Positions 9,463 through 19,562 of a stretch of DNA of 57,662 nucleotides are shown in pieces. The stretch spans positions 1-57,662 of the forward strand of contig JBKGZT010000001.1 of assembly GCA_046543235.1 (NCBI GenBank), given 5' to 3'. The DNA comes from Candidatus Acetothermia bacterium. GTDB taxonomy: Bacteria > Bipolaricaulota > Bipolaricaulia > M55B111. The translations under genes and the position numbers were made by a program. The notes under the pieces were generated by a model. That model made no database searches. It had not been told where the DNA came from and was given only the letters and a program-made list of their open reading frames with translations. Position 1 is the first letter of the stretch, and each line of letters begins with the position of its first letter.

Positions 9463-10314
9463 ATGAGCAATAAATTTGGTCCAGTAGTAGCGGGAAAATT
9501 CTACCCAGGGAAAAGGGAAAGTCTGCTCAAACGGATCGGGGCGTGTTATACCGATGGACACGGACCGGGCGAAGCACCGGACCCGGTAGATCGAGACCTG
9601 GATGGGGACCTCGGGATAATAGCTCCTCACGCCGGCTACAAGTTTTCCGGGCCGGTTGCGGCCCATGCTTACGGCTGGCTGGCTCGCCACGGAAGGCCAG
9701 CGGCGGTCGTAATCCTGGGAACCAACCATACGGGGTTCGGTCCCGGCGCCGCTATTGCCACGGAGGGTTCCTGGGCGACCCCACTGGGCGACGTCCCTAT
9801 AGACGAAGAGCTGGCGAGGAGTATATTCGAGGAAAGCGATGAACTGCGGAATAGGACCGCCGCTTTTTCCAGGGAACACTCGATCGAAGTCCAGTTACCC
9901 TTTCTCCAGCACCTCTGGGGCTCTTGGAAAGGCGCTCTCTCTTTTGTCCCTATTTGCCTGAAGGATCAAAGCAGGTCTGTTGCCGAGGACGTCGGGAAAG
10001 CGCTGGAGGAAGCTACACCGAGGGGAACGTTGGTTGTGGCAAGTACCGATTTTTCCCATTACGAAAGCCAGGAAGTGGCGGTAGAAAAGGACGGCATGGC
10101 TATTGAGGCCATAGTCGAAGGTGATCTTGAAGGTCTTTACGGTAATATATCGGAACACGACATCTCGATCTGTGGTTACGGCGCGGCTGCTTCCCTGATG
10201 ACTTTTGCCTATATCAGGGGGCTCGATCCGGAGGAATTGAAGTACGCCACTTCCGGCGACGTTTCAGGCTTTGGAGAGGAGGTAGTGGGCTATAGTGCAA
10301 TTGGATTCGAATAA
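9463..10314 (+). CDS. MEMO1-family protein (AmmeMemoRadiSam system protein B)
   Basis: PVVAGKFYP, IAPHAGYKFSG, GTNHTG, EHSIEVQLPFLQ, ASTDFSHY, SICG and VVGY motifs. ATG at 9463 follows SD AGGAGG. Confidence 0.92.
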   Translation: MSNKFGPVVAGKFYPGKRESLLKRIGACYTDGHGPGEAPDPVDRDLDGDLGIIAPHAGYKFSGPVAAHAYGWLARHGRPAAVVILGTNHTGFGPGAAIATEGSWATPLGDVPIDEELARSIFEESDELRNRTAAFSREHSIEVQLPFLQHLWGSWKGALSFVPICLKDQSRSVAEDVGKALEEATPRGTLVVASTDFSHYESQEVAVEKDGMAIEAIVEGDLEGLYGNISEHDISICGYGAAASLMTFAYIRGLDPEELKYATSGDVSGFGEEVVGYSAIGFE

Positions 10315-11191
10315 TGGGAACCCGGTCTATTCGATGACTGGTTACGGCGAAGCCGAGGTTGAGCTGGATGGAAGGAAACTAGAGGCGAGCATCAGGACCT
10401 ACAATCACGATGGTACGTCGATAAGCGTTCGGGGGTTGGATGAGGACCAGGCTACCCTCCACAAAGCCGAAGAACTGCTCAAGGAGTCCTTTCCGCGGGG
10501 GCGGATAGAGGCGAGGATAAAAACCAGGGAGAGGAGTGGTCTACCCCCGGAAGAACTTGATAGGGAGGCCATACGGGGAAGCTACGAGAGCCTCTCGGAG
10601 CTGGCGGAGGATCTTGGTTTAATTGAAGGTCCGACTCTCGGGGATTTGATTTCGCTGGATCTCCTGCATACCAAGCCCCCATATGAAGGTGCATGGTCAC
10701 AGATAAAGGAAGCCTTAAGTGAAGCTGTATCCAGGACCCGACGGGCACAGAGAAAGGAGGGTGAACGGATAAGGGAAGACCTGCTGGGCCACCTGGATGA
10801 GATCGATCGACGATTGGACGAGGCCGAGGAGGGTGTACCCGAGGTGGTTGATCGCTATAAAAGGAACCTGCGGGAGAGAATAAGCGATCTCTTAGAAGGA
10901 GACGAGGCCGTCGTCGGGGGGCGCGAACTGGAAACCGAAGTGGCGAAGTTCGCGGATAAGGTCGACGTGAACGAGGAAATATCCCGGGCGAGGACTCACG
11001 TAAACTCGGCCAGAGATGCCCTGAAGAGCGGTGGTCTGGTCGGTAAAAAACTAAAGTTCCTCTCTCAGGAACTCCAGCGCGAGATCAACACCCTGGGGGC
11101 CAAATCAAAGGACGGGGATATCCAGGGAGAAGTAATAGAAATGAAGCTCGCGCTTGAGAAATTCAAAGAGCAATCCCGCAATCTCGCCTGA
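10295..11191 (+). CDS. yicC: YicC/YloC-family endoribonuclease
   Basis: SMTGYG near the N-terminus. C-terminal DVNEEISR, GKKLKFLSQELQREINTLGAK and EKFKEQ motifs. Confidence 0.92.
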   Translation: MQLDSNNGNPVYSMTGYGEAEVELDGRKLEASIRTYNHDGTSISVRGLDEDQATLHKAEELLKESFPRGRIEARIKTRERSGLPPEELDREAIRGSYESLSELAEDLGLIEGPTLGDLISLDLLHTKPPYEGAWSQIKEALSEAVSRTRRAQRKEGERIREDLLGHLDEIDRRLDEAEEGVPEVVDRYKRNLRERISDLLEGDEAVVGGRELETEVAKFADKVDVNEEISRARTHVNSARDALKSGGLVGKKLKFLSQELQREINTLGAKSKDGDIQGEVIEMKLALEKFKEQSRNLA

Positions 11192-11265
11192 ACCTGTTAA
11201 CCGGTGAAGATCCATCCGACTGAGGGCCCTCTAACTATTTGAAGAAGAGAGGTGTAGTGGTCCTA

Positions 11266-11880
11266 ATGGATGAAGAGTTACCGTATTCCGATTACGGCAG
11301 GGAAGGAATATTTTTTGTCGTCACCGGGCCATCCGGAGTCGGAAAGACGACGGTGATGGAGCGGTTGCTCGATGAGGACGTTCGGTTGAGCTATTCAGTC
11401 TCCCATACAACACGAGAACCAAGGGCCAACGAAATTCACGGCGAGGATTACTACTTCGTTGCAGAGGAAGAGTTCGAACGGATAAAAGCGCAGGGAGGAT
11501 TTATCGAGTGGGCGGAGATCTACGGTGATTACTACGGGACGTCCCGTCGGGAGATCGATAGAATACGTGAGGGAGGTCTGGATCCCTTTATGGATATAGA
11601 CGTGCAGGGGGCCGCGCAGCTGCGCCGGGATTCCGACTTGGATGGGGTATACGTGTTTCTCGCCCCTCCTTCAATGAAAGAGCTGGAGAGAAGAATTTCC
11701 CGGAGAGGTGAGGAAGACGAGGAAACGACTCGGAAACGCCTTCGCGTTGCCCGAAAAGAGATTACCCGAATTCCCGAATTTGACTACCTTATTGTAAACG
11801 AGGAACTGGACAGGACCGTCTCCTCTCTCAGTTCGGTGATTGAAGCGGAAAGGTTAAAAGTTAAGGGGCGGTGGAGATGA
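11266..11880 (+). CDS. gmk: Guanylate kinase
   Basis: GPSGVGKTT, SHTTREPR, YYGT, DIDVQGA and FLAPPS motifs. The start could be 11257 or 11266. Confidence 0.96.
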   Translation: MDEELPYSDYGREGIFFVVTGPSGVGKTTVMERLLDEDVRLSYSVSHTTREPRANEIHGEDYYFVAEEEFERIKAQGGFIEWAEIYGDYYGTSRREIDRIREGGLDPFMDIDVQGAAQLRRDSDLDGVYVFLAPPSMKELERRISRRGEEDEETTRKRLRVARKEITRIPEFDYLIVNEELDRTVSSLSSVIEAERLKVKGRWR

Positions 11881-12233
11881 TAGAAGGGCTCGGCGTGGAC
11901 CTCGTTTCAGTAGAACGGTTACGGTCGGTCGTCGAGAGGCGGGGTGAGGAATTCCTGCAAAGGGTATTTACCGAAAAGGAGAGGGAATACTGTCTAAGCA
12001 GGAGTAGAAAATTCGAACACCTGGCCGGCAGGTTTGCGGCGAAGGAATCAATCGTGAAGGCGGTCGGTCACAAGTTGCCCTGGCTGGGAATTGAGGTTTT
12101 ATCAGGCGAGGACGGAAACCCTTCTGCAAAGCTGGTTGACGAAGAAATTGTCGGCAGGCCGGTGGTTCACGTTTCCATCAGCCACACGGCAAGTTACGCG
12201 ATCGCAGTGGCGATCCTCGAAGCCGAGAGCTAG
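11877..12233 (+). CDS. acpS: Holo-[acyl-carrier-protein] synthase
   Basis: GLGVDLV, LAGRFAAKES and VSISHT motifs. ATGA overlap with the gmk stop. Confidence 0.95.
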   Translation: MIEGLGVDLVSVERLRSVVERRGEEFLQRVFTEKEREYCLSRSRKFEHLAGRFAAKESIVKAVGHKLPWLGIEVLSGEDGNPSAKLVDEEIVGRPVVHVSISHTASYAIAVAILEAES

Positions 12234-12272
12234 GGATTAGGGATGGATGTCGTTCCGATCTCCTGCACGCGT

Positions 12273-12854
12273 TCAAACTTTTCGCTCTTCGCCCCGGATT
12301 AGTCGAGCTATGTTTCCCCTGTGGGTGAAGAATACGAAAGCGGTTAGGGCCAGGGAAACCCACAGCGGGATACCCGGCCCCTTGATAAGATAAAGGGTTG
12401 CTGGAACCGAAGAGATGGCGGTCAAAGAGCTCAACCCGGCTATATTCCAGGTCGAGAATACCAGTATCCATACCCCGGCGAACACGAGCCCGGTCGGCCA
12501 GGAGACGAAACTTATCGCACCTAACGACGTGGCCACTCCTTTGCCGCCGGAAAAGCCGAGGAAAGGGTTGTAAACGTGTCCCAGAACAGCGAGAAAGCCC
12601 AGGACCGGAACCAATCCCAGCTGGTGGGCGAGAAAAGCCGCCAGAAACCCCTTTCCAGTATCCAGAAGTAGAGCGAGCCCACCGTACCCCTTTCCACAAA
12701 CGCGTGAGACGTTCGAGGCTCCGGGATTACCGGAACCGTACTGTCGAATGTCGGTGTTTGAAAACACCTTGGGGATTACGTAGCTGAAAGGTATCGTACC
12801 TATAAGATAGGACGCCAGAGCGACCAAAAACAGTAAAGGCAGTTCGGCGGACAT
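12273..12854 (-). CDS. plsY: Glycerol-3-phosphate acyltransferase PlsY
   Basis: DIRQYGSGNPGASNV, DTGKG, GH…FSGGKGVAT and HRGNIARL motifs. Confidence 0.96.
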   Translation of the reverse strand: MSAELPLLFLVALASYLIGTIPFSYVIPKVFSNTDIRQYGSGNPGASNVSRVCGKGYGGLALLLDTGKGFLAAFLAHQLGLVPVLGFLAVLGHVYNPFLGFSGGKGVATSLGAISFVSWPTGLVFAGVWILVFSTWNIAGLSSLTAISSVPATLYLIKGPGIPLWVSLALTAFVFFTHRGNIARLIRGEERKV

Positions 12855-12862
12855 TCAGGTGG

Positions 12863-14533
12863 TTAGAAGCCCTTGTCTTCCAGGTGCTCCCTCATGGAGA
12901 TCGTCTCGTGCCCGCTGTCGTCGTCCTCGGATTCCCCTTCCTGAGAAGAACCGGATTCTTCCTCTTCCAGAATTCTGATCGAGAGACGAACCTGTCTTTT
13001 TTCGTCGTTAATTCCGATTATCTTGGCTTCTACCTCTTCCCCTACTTCTACCACGTCCTCGGGGTCCGAAACCTTCTCAGGGGAGAGTTCCGAAACGTGA
13101 ATCAATCCTTCGACGTCGCTGGTTATCTTGATAAACGCGCCGAACTCCTTGATCTCCGATATTTCGCCCTTGACTTTCGAGCCGACCGAGTAAAGATCCT
13201 GGAACTCGTGCCACGGGTCCTTCTGAGCCTGCTTGATGCTCAAGCTGATCCGTCTGTCGTCCTTGTCTACTTCGAGTACCTGAGTGTTTACCTGATCACC
13301 TTCGGAGAGCATGTCGCTTGGGTGATTTACGTGATCCCAGGATAGTTCGGAGACATGGACGAGGCCTTCGACACCTTCCTCAAGCTGGACGAAAGCGCCA
13401 AAGTCCGTTACCTTCGTTACCTTCCCGCTGACTTCCGTACCCGGCTCGTACTCTTCTTCGATCCTTTCCCACGGATCTTCCTGGGCTTTTCTGGCGGAGA
13501 GGCTAATCCTCTGTTCCTCTTCGTCCACTTCAAGAACTTCTGCCTCGACCGTTTCCCCGACCTCTATTACTTCGTGAGGATCCTCGGGGTAGCCCCAGGA
13601 GAGTTCAGATATATGAATTAACCCTTCGACGTCTTCTTCCAGTTCGACGAAGGCACCGAAGTCCGTAATCGAGACGACTTCCCCTTCCACCGTCTTTCCT
13701 ACCGGATATCGTTTGGATACGCCTTCCCAGGGATTGGGTTTCAGGCGTTTGATTGAGAGGGAGATCTTTTCTTCCTCCCTGTTCATGTCTATGACTTTTA
13801 CTTCTACCGTGTCCCCTTCCTCGTACTCGTCGGGAGGCGCAGGTAAGTCCTTCCAGCTGATTTCCGATCTATGTACCAGGCCTTCGAACCCGCCGATGTC
13901 GACGAATAGCCCAAAATCGACTTTGGACTTGATCTCCCCTTCGACGGTATCTCCCGGCTCCAGATCTTCGAATAACTTATCTATCTGTTTTTCTCTTTCC
14001 TCGTCCAAGTATTCCCGGCGCGAGATCACGATATTCCTATTCTTCCTGCTCAGCTCCAGGATTTTAAAGTTCAGCTCCTTTCCTTTGAGCTCGGAGATCA
14101 CGCTGGGCATGTCAGATCCCAGGTGCGAGCCCGGAAGGAAGGCCTGAATGCCGTCCACGTTCACGTGGTAACCGGCGCTTTTGACCTCTTCTGTTATGGT
14201 CCCGGTAATGGTTTCGTCCTTCTTGAATGCCTCTTCCAGTTCACCGATCTTGCGCTCGTAAGCTGCCTGTTTTTCCGAGACGTAGACCGTGCCCTTTTCC
14301 TCGTCGATGTAAGTTACCAGTACCTCGACCTCTTCGCCGGGTTCTATTTCCTCTCTTTCCCGAAACGGGGAAAGTTCCGACTTGGGCAGGATGCCCTCGG
14401 ACTTGTAACCGATATCTACCAGAATGTCCTTGTCTTCCACCTGGACGACGCTGCCAGTAATGGTATCGCCCCGGCTGTATGTCCTGACGTCTGTCTCGTC
14501 AAACGCTTCTTCCATCTTGATTTTTTCTTCCAT
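12863..14533 (-). CDS. rpsA: 30S ribosomal protein bS1 (six S1 domains)
   Basis: Six S1 repeats (VDIGYKSEG; FGAFV…EGLxHxSE). ATG at 14533 follows SD CAGGTGG. Confidence 0.96.
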   Translation of the reverse strand: MEEKIKMEEAFDETDVRTYSRGDTITGSVVQVEDKDILVDIGYKSEGILPKSELSPFREREEIEPGEEVEVLVTYIDEEKGTVYVSEKQAAYERKIGELEEAFKKDETITGTITEEVKSAGYHVNVDGIQAFLPGSHLGSDMPSVISELKGKELNFKILELSRKNRNIVISRREYLDEEREKQIDKLFEDLEPGDTVEGEIKSKVDFGLFVDIGGFEGLVHRSEISWKDLPAPPDEYEEGDTVEVKVIDMNREEEKISLSIKRLKPNPWEGVSKRYPVGKTVEGEVVSITDFGAFVELEEDVEGLIHISELSWGYPEDPHEVIEVGETVEAEVLEVDEEEQRISLSARKAQEDPWERIEEEYEPGTEVSGKVTKVTDFGAFVQLEEGVEGLVHVSELSWDHVNHPSDMLSEGDQVNTQVLEVDKDDRRISLSIKQAQKDPWHEFQDLYSVGSKVKGEISEIKEFGAFIKITSDVEGLIHVSELSPEKVSDPEDVVEVGEEVEAKIIGINDEKRQVRLSIRILEEEESGSSQEGESEDDDSGHETISMREHLEDKGF

Positions 14534-14617
14534 CAAACGACCACCTGTTGAGTTTGTTTTTGACAAATCCGAATTGATTTCAATCAAATTGACTACCGAC
14601 TTGCCATAAGTTACAAT

Positions 14618-14646
14618 ATGATAACCTTTCTGTCTCTTTGAATCAA
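14618..14646 (-). promoter_or_regulatory. Putative sigma70 promoter for rpsA
   Basis: TTGATT-17 nt-TATCAT on the minus strand. Confidence 0.5.
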
Positions 14647-14703
14647 CAGTTACCGTGAGATAGAATTGTTTTTTCTGCCCTTACTGTGCCGCCAGGGCGA
14701 CGG

Positions 14704-15354
14704 TTAAAGTTCGTTTACTATCTTCATGAGCGTTGTGGTCAACCTGCGGTAGTCCGTCGAGGACGCTTCTCCCGAATTCGGCTTTCTAGTTTCGTCGGCT
14801 CGGTCCTTCAAATCCTGGAGGTCGAAGGGTTTACCTATAGTGAGGACGGCGGGTGCGAAGAAGAAGGGATACTGAAGCGGGCTGCGTTCTATCTTGATTT
14901 TCACGGGAAGGAACCTCCGGTCAGTTTTTTCGGCCAGCCTGACGGTTCCGCTTTTTGGCGGGGCGCCTTCGGAGGTCGTTCCTTCGGGAAAGATGCAGAG
15001 TAATCCTTCTTCTCTAAAAGCCGCAAGCATTTTTCTCAGATCGCCTTTACCAAAATTGTCCCTGTTGATCGTGGTCGAGAACCACCTTACAGGATATTTG
15101 AATATCGGGTTATTTAGCAGTCCTTCGCGGGCTATGAAATGAACCTGTCGGCCCAGTCCGAATACGATCCCGATAAAAGGTGGATCCCAGTAGCTCGTAT
15201 GAGAGGCGGTTATGAGTACCCGATCCGTATTTTGCGGGATGTTTTCTTTCCCCCTGACCCGAAGGTTAAATAATAGCTTCACCACGGGCTTCAGTATCAG
15301 CAGAATCAGACGATAAACCAGGTTACGGAGTTTATTCAGCGTTTTTTTCTTCAT
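14704..15354 (-). CDS. plsC: 1-acyl-sn-glycerol-3-phosphate acyltransferase (PlsC-like)
   Basis: SHTSYWD (HX4D) and IFPEGT motifs. Likely start is the MKKKT ATG at 15354. Confidence 0.85.
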   Translation of the reverse strand: MKKKTLNKLRNLVYRLILLILKPVVKLLFNLRVRGKENIPQNTDRVLITASHTSYWDPPFIGIVFGLGRQVHFIAREGLLNNPIFKYPVRWFSTTINRDNFGKGDLRKMLAAFREEGLLCIFPEGTTSEGAPPKSGTVRLAEKTDRRFLPVKIKIERSPLQYPFFFAPAVLTIGKPFDLQDLKDRADETRKPNSGEASSTDYRRLTTTLMKIVNEL

Positions 15355-15364
15355 TTGAAATTTT

Positions 15365-15997
15365 CTAATCAGTTTCGTCGGAGAGAAATCGTTCAACAAG
15401 CTCGCTTACCTGCTCTATGACCTCTCTTTCTGAAAGCTCGGTCGTGTCAATTATAGTTGCTTCCTCGGCGGGCTTCAGCGGGGCGACCTCCCTTTCCTCG
15501 TCCCTCCGGTCTCGCCGCTTTATCCCCTCTTCAATTTTTCCCAGCGGGCGGTCGAGATCCAGCTGTTTTTTTCTCCTCCTGGCGCGTTCGCGGGCAGAAG
15601 CGGTGAGAAATACCTTGACGTCTGCTTCCGGCAAAACCACGGTACCGATATCCCTTCCCTCGACGAGAACGTCCCTCGTTTGAGCTATATCGTGTATCCT
15701 GTCGTTTACGAGATCCCTTATCTCGGCCCTTTGGGCCAGTTTCGAGGCTTCTTCTCCCACTTCTTCCGTGTCGAGATCCTCCGGGATCCCTTCCCCGTTC
15801 AGGAGCAATTCTGGCACGCATCCCGTGCCCGGTTTCAGCGTTAGAGTTCTGTAGTCCTTTGATTGAAGCTTGCCGTAGGCTATCCCTCTATAAAGCCGTC
15901 CTGATTGAACGAATAGGAGGCCGAAACTCTCGGCGACCTCTCGACCGACGCTGGTCTTTCCTACCCCGGCCGGACCGTCGATAGTAACACGAACCAC
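15365..15997 (-). CDS. cmk: Cytidylate kinase
   Basis: IDGPAGVGKT, EGRDIGTVVLPEA, RDRRD and APLKPA motifs. Confidence 0.95.
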   Translation of the reverse strand: MVRVTIDGPAGVGKTSVGREVAESFGLLFVQSGRLYRGIAYGKLQSKDYRTLTLKPGTGCVPELLLNGEGIPEDLDTEEVGEEASKLAQRAEIRDLVNDRIHDIAQTRDVLVEGRDIGTVVLPEADVKVFLTASARERARRRKKQLDLDRPLGKIEEGIKRRDRRDEEREVAPLKPAEEATIIDTTELSEREVIEQVSELVERFLSDETD

Positions 15998-15998
15998 C

Positions 15999-16895
15999 TT
16001 ACTCCCCCTCCCCGGAAATTACCTGACCCGTCTTCGTCGGCCTCGTGATTTCCAGCCTGCCACCTCTCGGGTGCGAACTAAGTTCGGGCTGAAGGTGCTC
16101 CTTTACGGCTTCGGGGGAGGTTCCCGGTTCGGTAATTCCGAAAACGGCACTTCCGCTTCCCGATAAACCCGAGGTCGTTATGAGCGGAGAACGTTCCATG
16201 ATTTCCAGGTATTCCGAAATCTCCGGGCGTAACCTCAGGGCCGGTTCCTGTAGGTCGTTCCTGATCTGGTAGCCTTCCGGCGGTTCCTCGTTAACTTTTT
16301 CCCGGCCCTCGCGTTGTTGGGTTTCTCCCTCCCGTTCAATCCGATCGAATTCCGAATAAACTTCGCCGGTGAGCTGTGAAAAGGGAGGGGCGATGATCGG
16401 AACCAGTCGATCCGTGAACGGGTTATCCAGCCGTTGCAGAAGATCCCCGGTACCGCCGGCCTTACAGTATCCGCCGTAAAAGAAGAAAGGGATGTCTGCC
16501 CCGAAGTCCCCCCCGATTTCGATAAGCCTGTTTCTCGAAAGACCACATTTCCACAGTCGATTTAACGCAATCAAAGTGGTGGCCGCGTCCGAGCTTCCGC
16601 CCCCGAGCCCCCCTCCAATTGGTATCCGCTTCTCCAGAATTATCCTCGCGCCGGAATCGACCGAACAGAGAGCCTGTAGCTTCTTTGCCACCCTGTAGCA
16701 GAGGTTTTCCTCTCTCGGGATTTCGGACTCCGTCTCGATTATTAAACTCTCTTCCGGAATTGATTCGAAGGTTAATCTGTCGTCCAGGTTGACGCTTAGG
16801 TAAGATATTTCTAGCTCGTGGTAGCCGTCTCTTCTGGTCCCCGTGATTTCCAGGTAAGGGTTTACCTTCGCAAATGATCTGGCAAATAATTTCAC
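15999..16895 (-). CDS. ispE: 4-diphosphocytidyl-2-C-methyl-D-erythritol kinase
   Basis: AKVN, DGYHEL, KRIPIGGGLGGGSSDAA, GADIPFF and LSGSGSAVF motifs. Confidence 0.95.
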   Translation of the reverse strand: MKLFARSFAKVNPYLEITGTRRDGYHELEISYLSVNLDDRLTFESIPEESLIIETESEIPREENLCYRVAKKLQALCSVDSGARIILEKRIPIGGGLGGGSSDAATTLIALNRLWKCGLSRNRLIEIGGDFGADIPFFFYGGYCKAGGTGDLLQRLDNPFTDRLVPIIAPPFSQLTGEVYSEFDRIEREGETQQREGREKVNEEPPEGYQIRNDLQEPALRLRPEISEYLEIMERSPLITTSGLSGSGSAVFGITEPGTSPEAVKEHLQPELSSHPRGGRLEITRPTKTGQVISGEGE

Positions 16896-17079
16896 CTTAA
16901 GAGCCCTCCGTCTCCGGTTCCATATGGATCAATCGGGCCACGTTATAGACTCCCCCTTTTTGACCCTCCGAACGCCGTGTCGGCATTCAAATTCGGATGA
17001 TTCCTCCCGAGTTTTTCGGTCCCGGGTGCTTTCAAGCGGTTGACAAATTCCGACGCTATTTCGGATCTGATCGGCGCAA

Positions 17080-17108
17080 ATTATACCCGGCGAACTAGAC
17101 GTCGACAA
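17080..17108 (-). promoter_or_regulatory. Sigma70-type promoter for the ispE-cmk-plsC operon (divergent from era)
   Basis: TTGTCG-17 nt-TATAAT on the minus strand. Confidence 0.55.
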
Positions 17109-17184
17109 GAGTTCCAGCCGTTCGTATGCTGGAAGAATTCTCCGGACTCAACTATAATGAAAGCACTGGAGGTAATCGATCGAA

Positions 17185-18075
17185 TTGAAATCTGGATTTG
17201 TTCATTTGCTTGGGAAATCGAACGTCGGTAAATCCACGTTTATAAATGGGGTCGTCGGCGAGAAAGTTTCTATCACTTCCGACAAACCACAAACCACCCG
17301 AAACAGAATCAAGTGTATTTACAATCGAGAAGAGTCACAGGTCGTTTTCCTGGATACTCCAGGGGTTCACGAGCCGGAGGACCCGCTTGGTAACTACCTG
17401 GTGGACGAAGCAAAGAAGGGAGTGAAGGGGGGTGACCTGCTGCTGTATATGGTAGAGGCCTGGGGGGAAGTACGTGAGGACGAACGCCCATTTTTGAGGA
17501 AGGTTGCCAGCCAGGACGAACCAGCTATTTTGCTCGTAAACAAGGTCGACCTTGCCACACCGGAAGAGATAGCCAGAACCCTGAAGGCCTACGAAGGAGA
17601 GGAGATATTCGACGAATACGTGCCTATTTCCGCGCTTACCGGGGACGGCGTGGATATAGCCCTGGACGAAATCATCACCTACCTACCGGAAGGGGAACGC
17701 CTGTTTCCGGAGGAGATGAATACGGACAAGCCAATGGGTTTTCTCATGTCGGAACTCGTCAGGGAAAAGGTCTACCAGCTAACTTACGAGGAACTACCTT
17801 ATTCGGTCGCTACCCGAACCAAATCCTACGAGGAAAGGGAAGACGAGGACTTGATGGAGGTTTACGTGGACGTTTTTGTGGTCCGGGAATCTCAAAAAGG
17901 CATAATTATCGGAGAGGGAGGGAAGAAGATCAAACAAATCGGTCAAAGGGCCCGGGAGGATCTGGAAAGGATGGTTGGGAGCAAAGTTTACCTCGATCTG
18001 AAAGTAAAGGTCGCCAAGAACTGGAACAGGCACGACGAATCGGTCGAGTCCTTGACGGGGTTCGAAACGGAGTAA
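17185..18075 (+). CDS. era: GTPase Era
   Basis: GKSNVGKST, QTTR, DTPG, NKVD and KH-domain IIIGEGG motifs. TTG start after SD GGAGGT. Confidence 0.97.
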   Translation: MKSGFVHLLGKSNVGKSTFINGVVGEKVSITSDKPQTTRNRIKCIYNREESQVVFLDTPGVHEPEDPLGNYLVDEAKKGVKGGDLLLYMVEAWGEVREDERPFLRKVASQDEPAILLVNKVDLATPEEIARTLKAYEGEEIFDEYVPISALTGDGVDIALDEIITYLPEGERLFPEEMNTDKPMGFLMSELVREKVYQLTYEELPYSVATRTKSYEEREDEDLMEVYVDVFVVRESQKGIIIGEGGKKIKQIGQRAREDLERMVGSKVYLDLKVKVAKNWNRHDESVESLTGFETE

Positions 18076-18093
18076 TATAAAAAGGAGGTCGGG

Positions 18094-18768
18094 ATGGAGA
18101 AGTCAGAACTTGCCGGAAGGATCGATCACACGACTCTCGGAAGGAATTCTACCGAGGCGGAAGTAAGGAGGGTCTGCAGGGAGGCCAAGGAGTACGGTTT
18201 TGCCTCCGTCTGCGTGGAGCCGGTGTACGTTTCGCTGGCGTCGGAACTGCTCGAAGGAGTAACTTCTCTGGTGGATACTGTCGTCGGTTTTCCTCACGGC
18301 ACCCACAAGAGCGAGGTCAAGGGGTTTGAAGCACAGGTCGCCGTCGAGGACGGTGCGGACGAACTCGACATGGTGGCCAATATATCCGGGTTGAAGGAGG
18401 GGAATTACGAGCTGGTCGCTCGCGACATAATGGCCGTAACTGACGTGGCCGAGAAAAGTACCAGGGATATCAACGTAAAAGTAATACTCGAGATGGCGGA
18501 ACTCCAAGAGGAGGAAAAGAGGGCCGGCTGCATTATAGCCGAGGCGAGCGGGGCCGATTTCGTAAAAACCTCGACCGGGTTTGGCCCAGGTGGAGCCACG
18601 ATAGCGGATGTCGAGCTGATGAGCCAGGTAGTATCCGATCGGATGGGGGTCAAAGCGGCAGGGGGAATTGGTGATTACGAAGCCGCCGTGAGTATGTTGG
18701 AAGCCGGCGCGACCAGAATTGGTGCGAGCAGCGGGGTTGAGATAGTCGAGGGTGCGCCCGGTGAGTAG
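18094..18768 (+). CDS. deoC: Deoxyribose-phosphate aldolase
   Basis: IDHT, VVGFPHG, GADELDMV, KVILE, DFVKTSTGF and VKAAGGI motifs. Confidence 0.97.
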   Translation: MEKSELAGRIDHTTLGRNSTEAEVRRVCREAKEYGFASVCVEPVYVSLASELLEGVTSLVDTVVGFPHGTHKSEVKGFEAQVAVEDGADELDMVANISGLKEGNYELVARDIMAVTDVAEKSTRDINVKVILEMAELQEEEKRAGCIIAEASGADFVKTSTGFGPGGATIADVELMSQVVSDRMGVKAAGGIGDYEAAVSMLEAGATRIGASSGVEIVEGAPGE

Positions 18769-18785
18769 AATCCCTTCCTGACGAT

Positions 18786-19532
18786 ATGGCGATAAAGCGC
18801 GTCGAGGCTTTCGTAATTAAGAAGGTAAATTTCAAGGATAGCGACTACATAGTGACTTTTTTCGGGGGGGATTCGGGTAAATTCGCGGGACTGGCCAAGG
18901 GGGCGCGTAAATTCGAGAGCAAGTTCGGCGGCGTATTTGACCTGCTCAATTACGTGGAGGTGGTTTATTACGAGGGTTCCGGCTTGGACTTCCTCAAGGA
19001 AGGAGAGCTGATCCGAAACTGGGAGGGTCTCCGGACCGCCCCGGACGCGATCAACGCGGGTTTACGCTGTGCTCGAACCATAGATAGGGTTCTGGAAGAG
19101 GGGGGGCTAGATAAAGGCTCCTTTGAGTTATTCTGGTCCACTCTTTCCGCCCTGGACGAAAGCCAGGGTAAACCAAAAATGCTGGAGCTTTCCTTTCACC
19201 TCAAGCTATTTCAGCTCCTGGGTTATCGTCCGGTTCTTAACAGGTGTATCGAATGCGGTAAGAGCCTTGAGGGCGAAAGCAGCGTAAGGTTTAGGCCCAA
19301 GGAAGGAGGGGCCATCTGTCGGGATTGCGGGACCGGTGAGGGGATCCGGATATCCGGCGGTCTGAGAAGGGGACTGATAAAGTTACTTGCCCTGCCGCAG
19401 GATCGGGTCCGCCGGCTAAAATTGTCGGAGGATCACATGAAAAGTGGTTTCCTCTTGCTCAGCAGGTTTGGGAGGTATCATTTCGACAGGTCGCTCCTTC
19501 CCGAGGGTCTGGTCGAAGACACCTATATCTAG
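18786..19532 (+). CDS. recO: DNA repair protein RecO
   Basis: N-terminal OB fold (DSDYIV…AKGARK) and CIEC…CRDC zinc finger. Gene context next to era. Confidence 0.92.
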   Translation: MAIKRVEAFVIKKVNFKDSDYIVTFFGGDSGKFAGLAKGARKFESKFGGVFDLLNYVEVVYYEGSGLDFLKEGELIRNWEGLRTAPDAINAGLRCARTIDRVLEEGGLDKGSFELFWSTLSALDESQGKPKMLELSFHLKLFQLLGYRPVLNRCIECGKSLEGESSVRFRPKEGGAICRDCGTGEGIRISGGLRRGLIKLLALPQDRVRRLKLSEDHMKSGFLLLSRFGRYHFDRSLLPEGLVEDTYI

Positions 19533-19562
19533 AACAGAATTAGTTTTTCTGTCTGTACTCTT

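Noticed and set aside
12863..14533. Repeated DNA/protein motifs in rpsA
   Set aside because: These are the normal six S1 domains, not a CRISPR or other repeat array.
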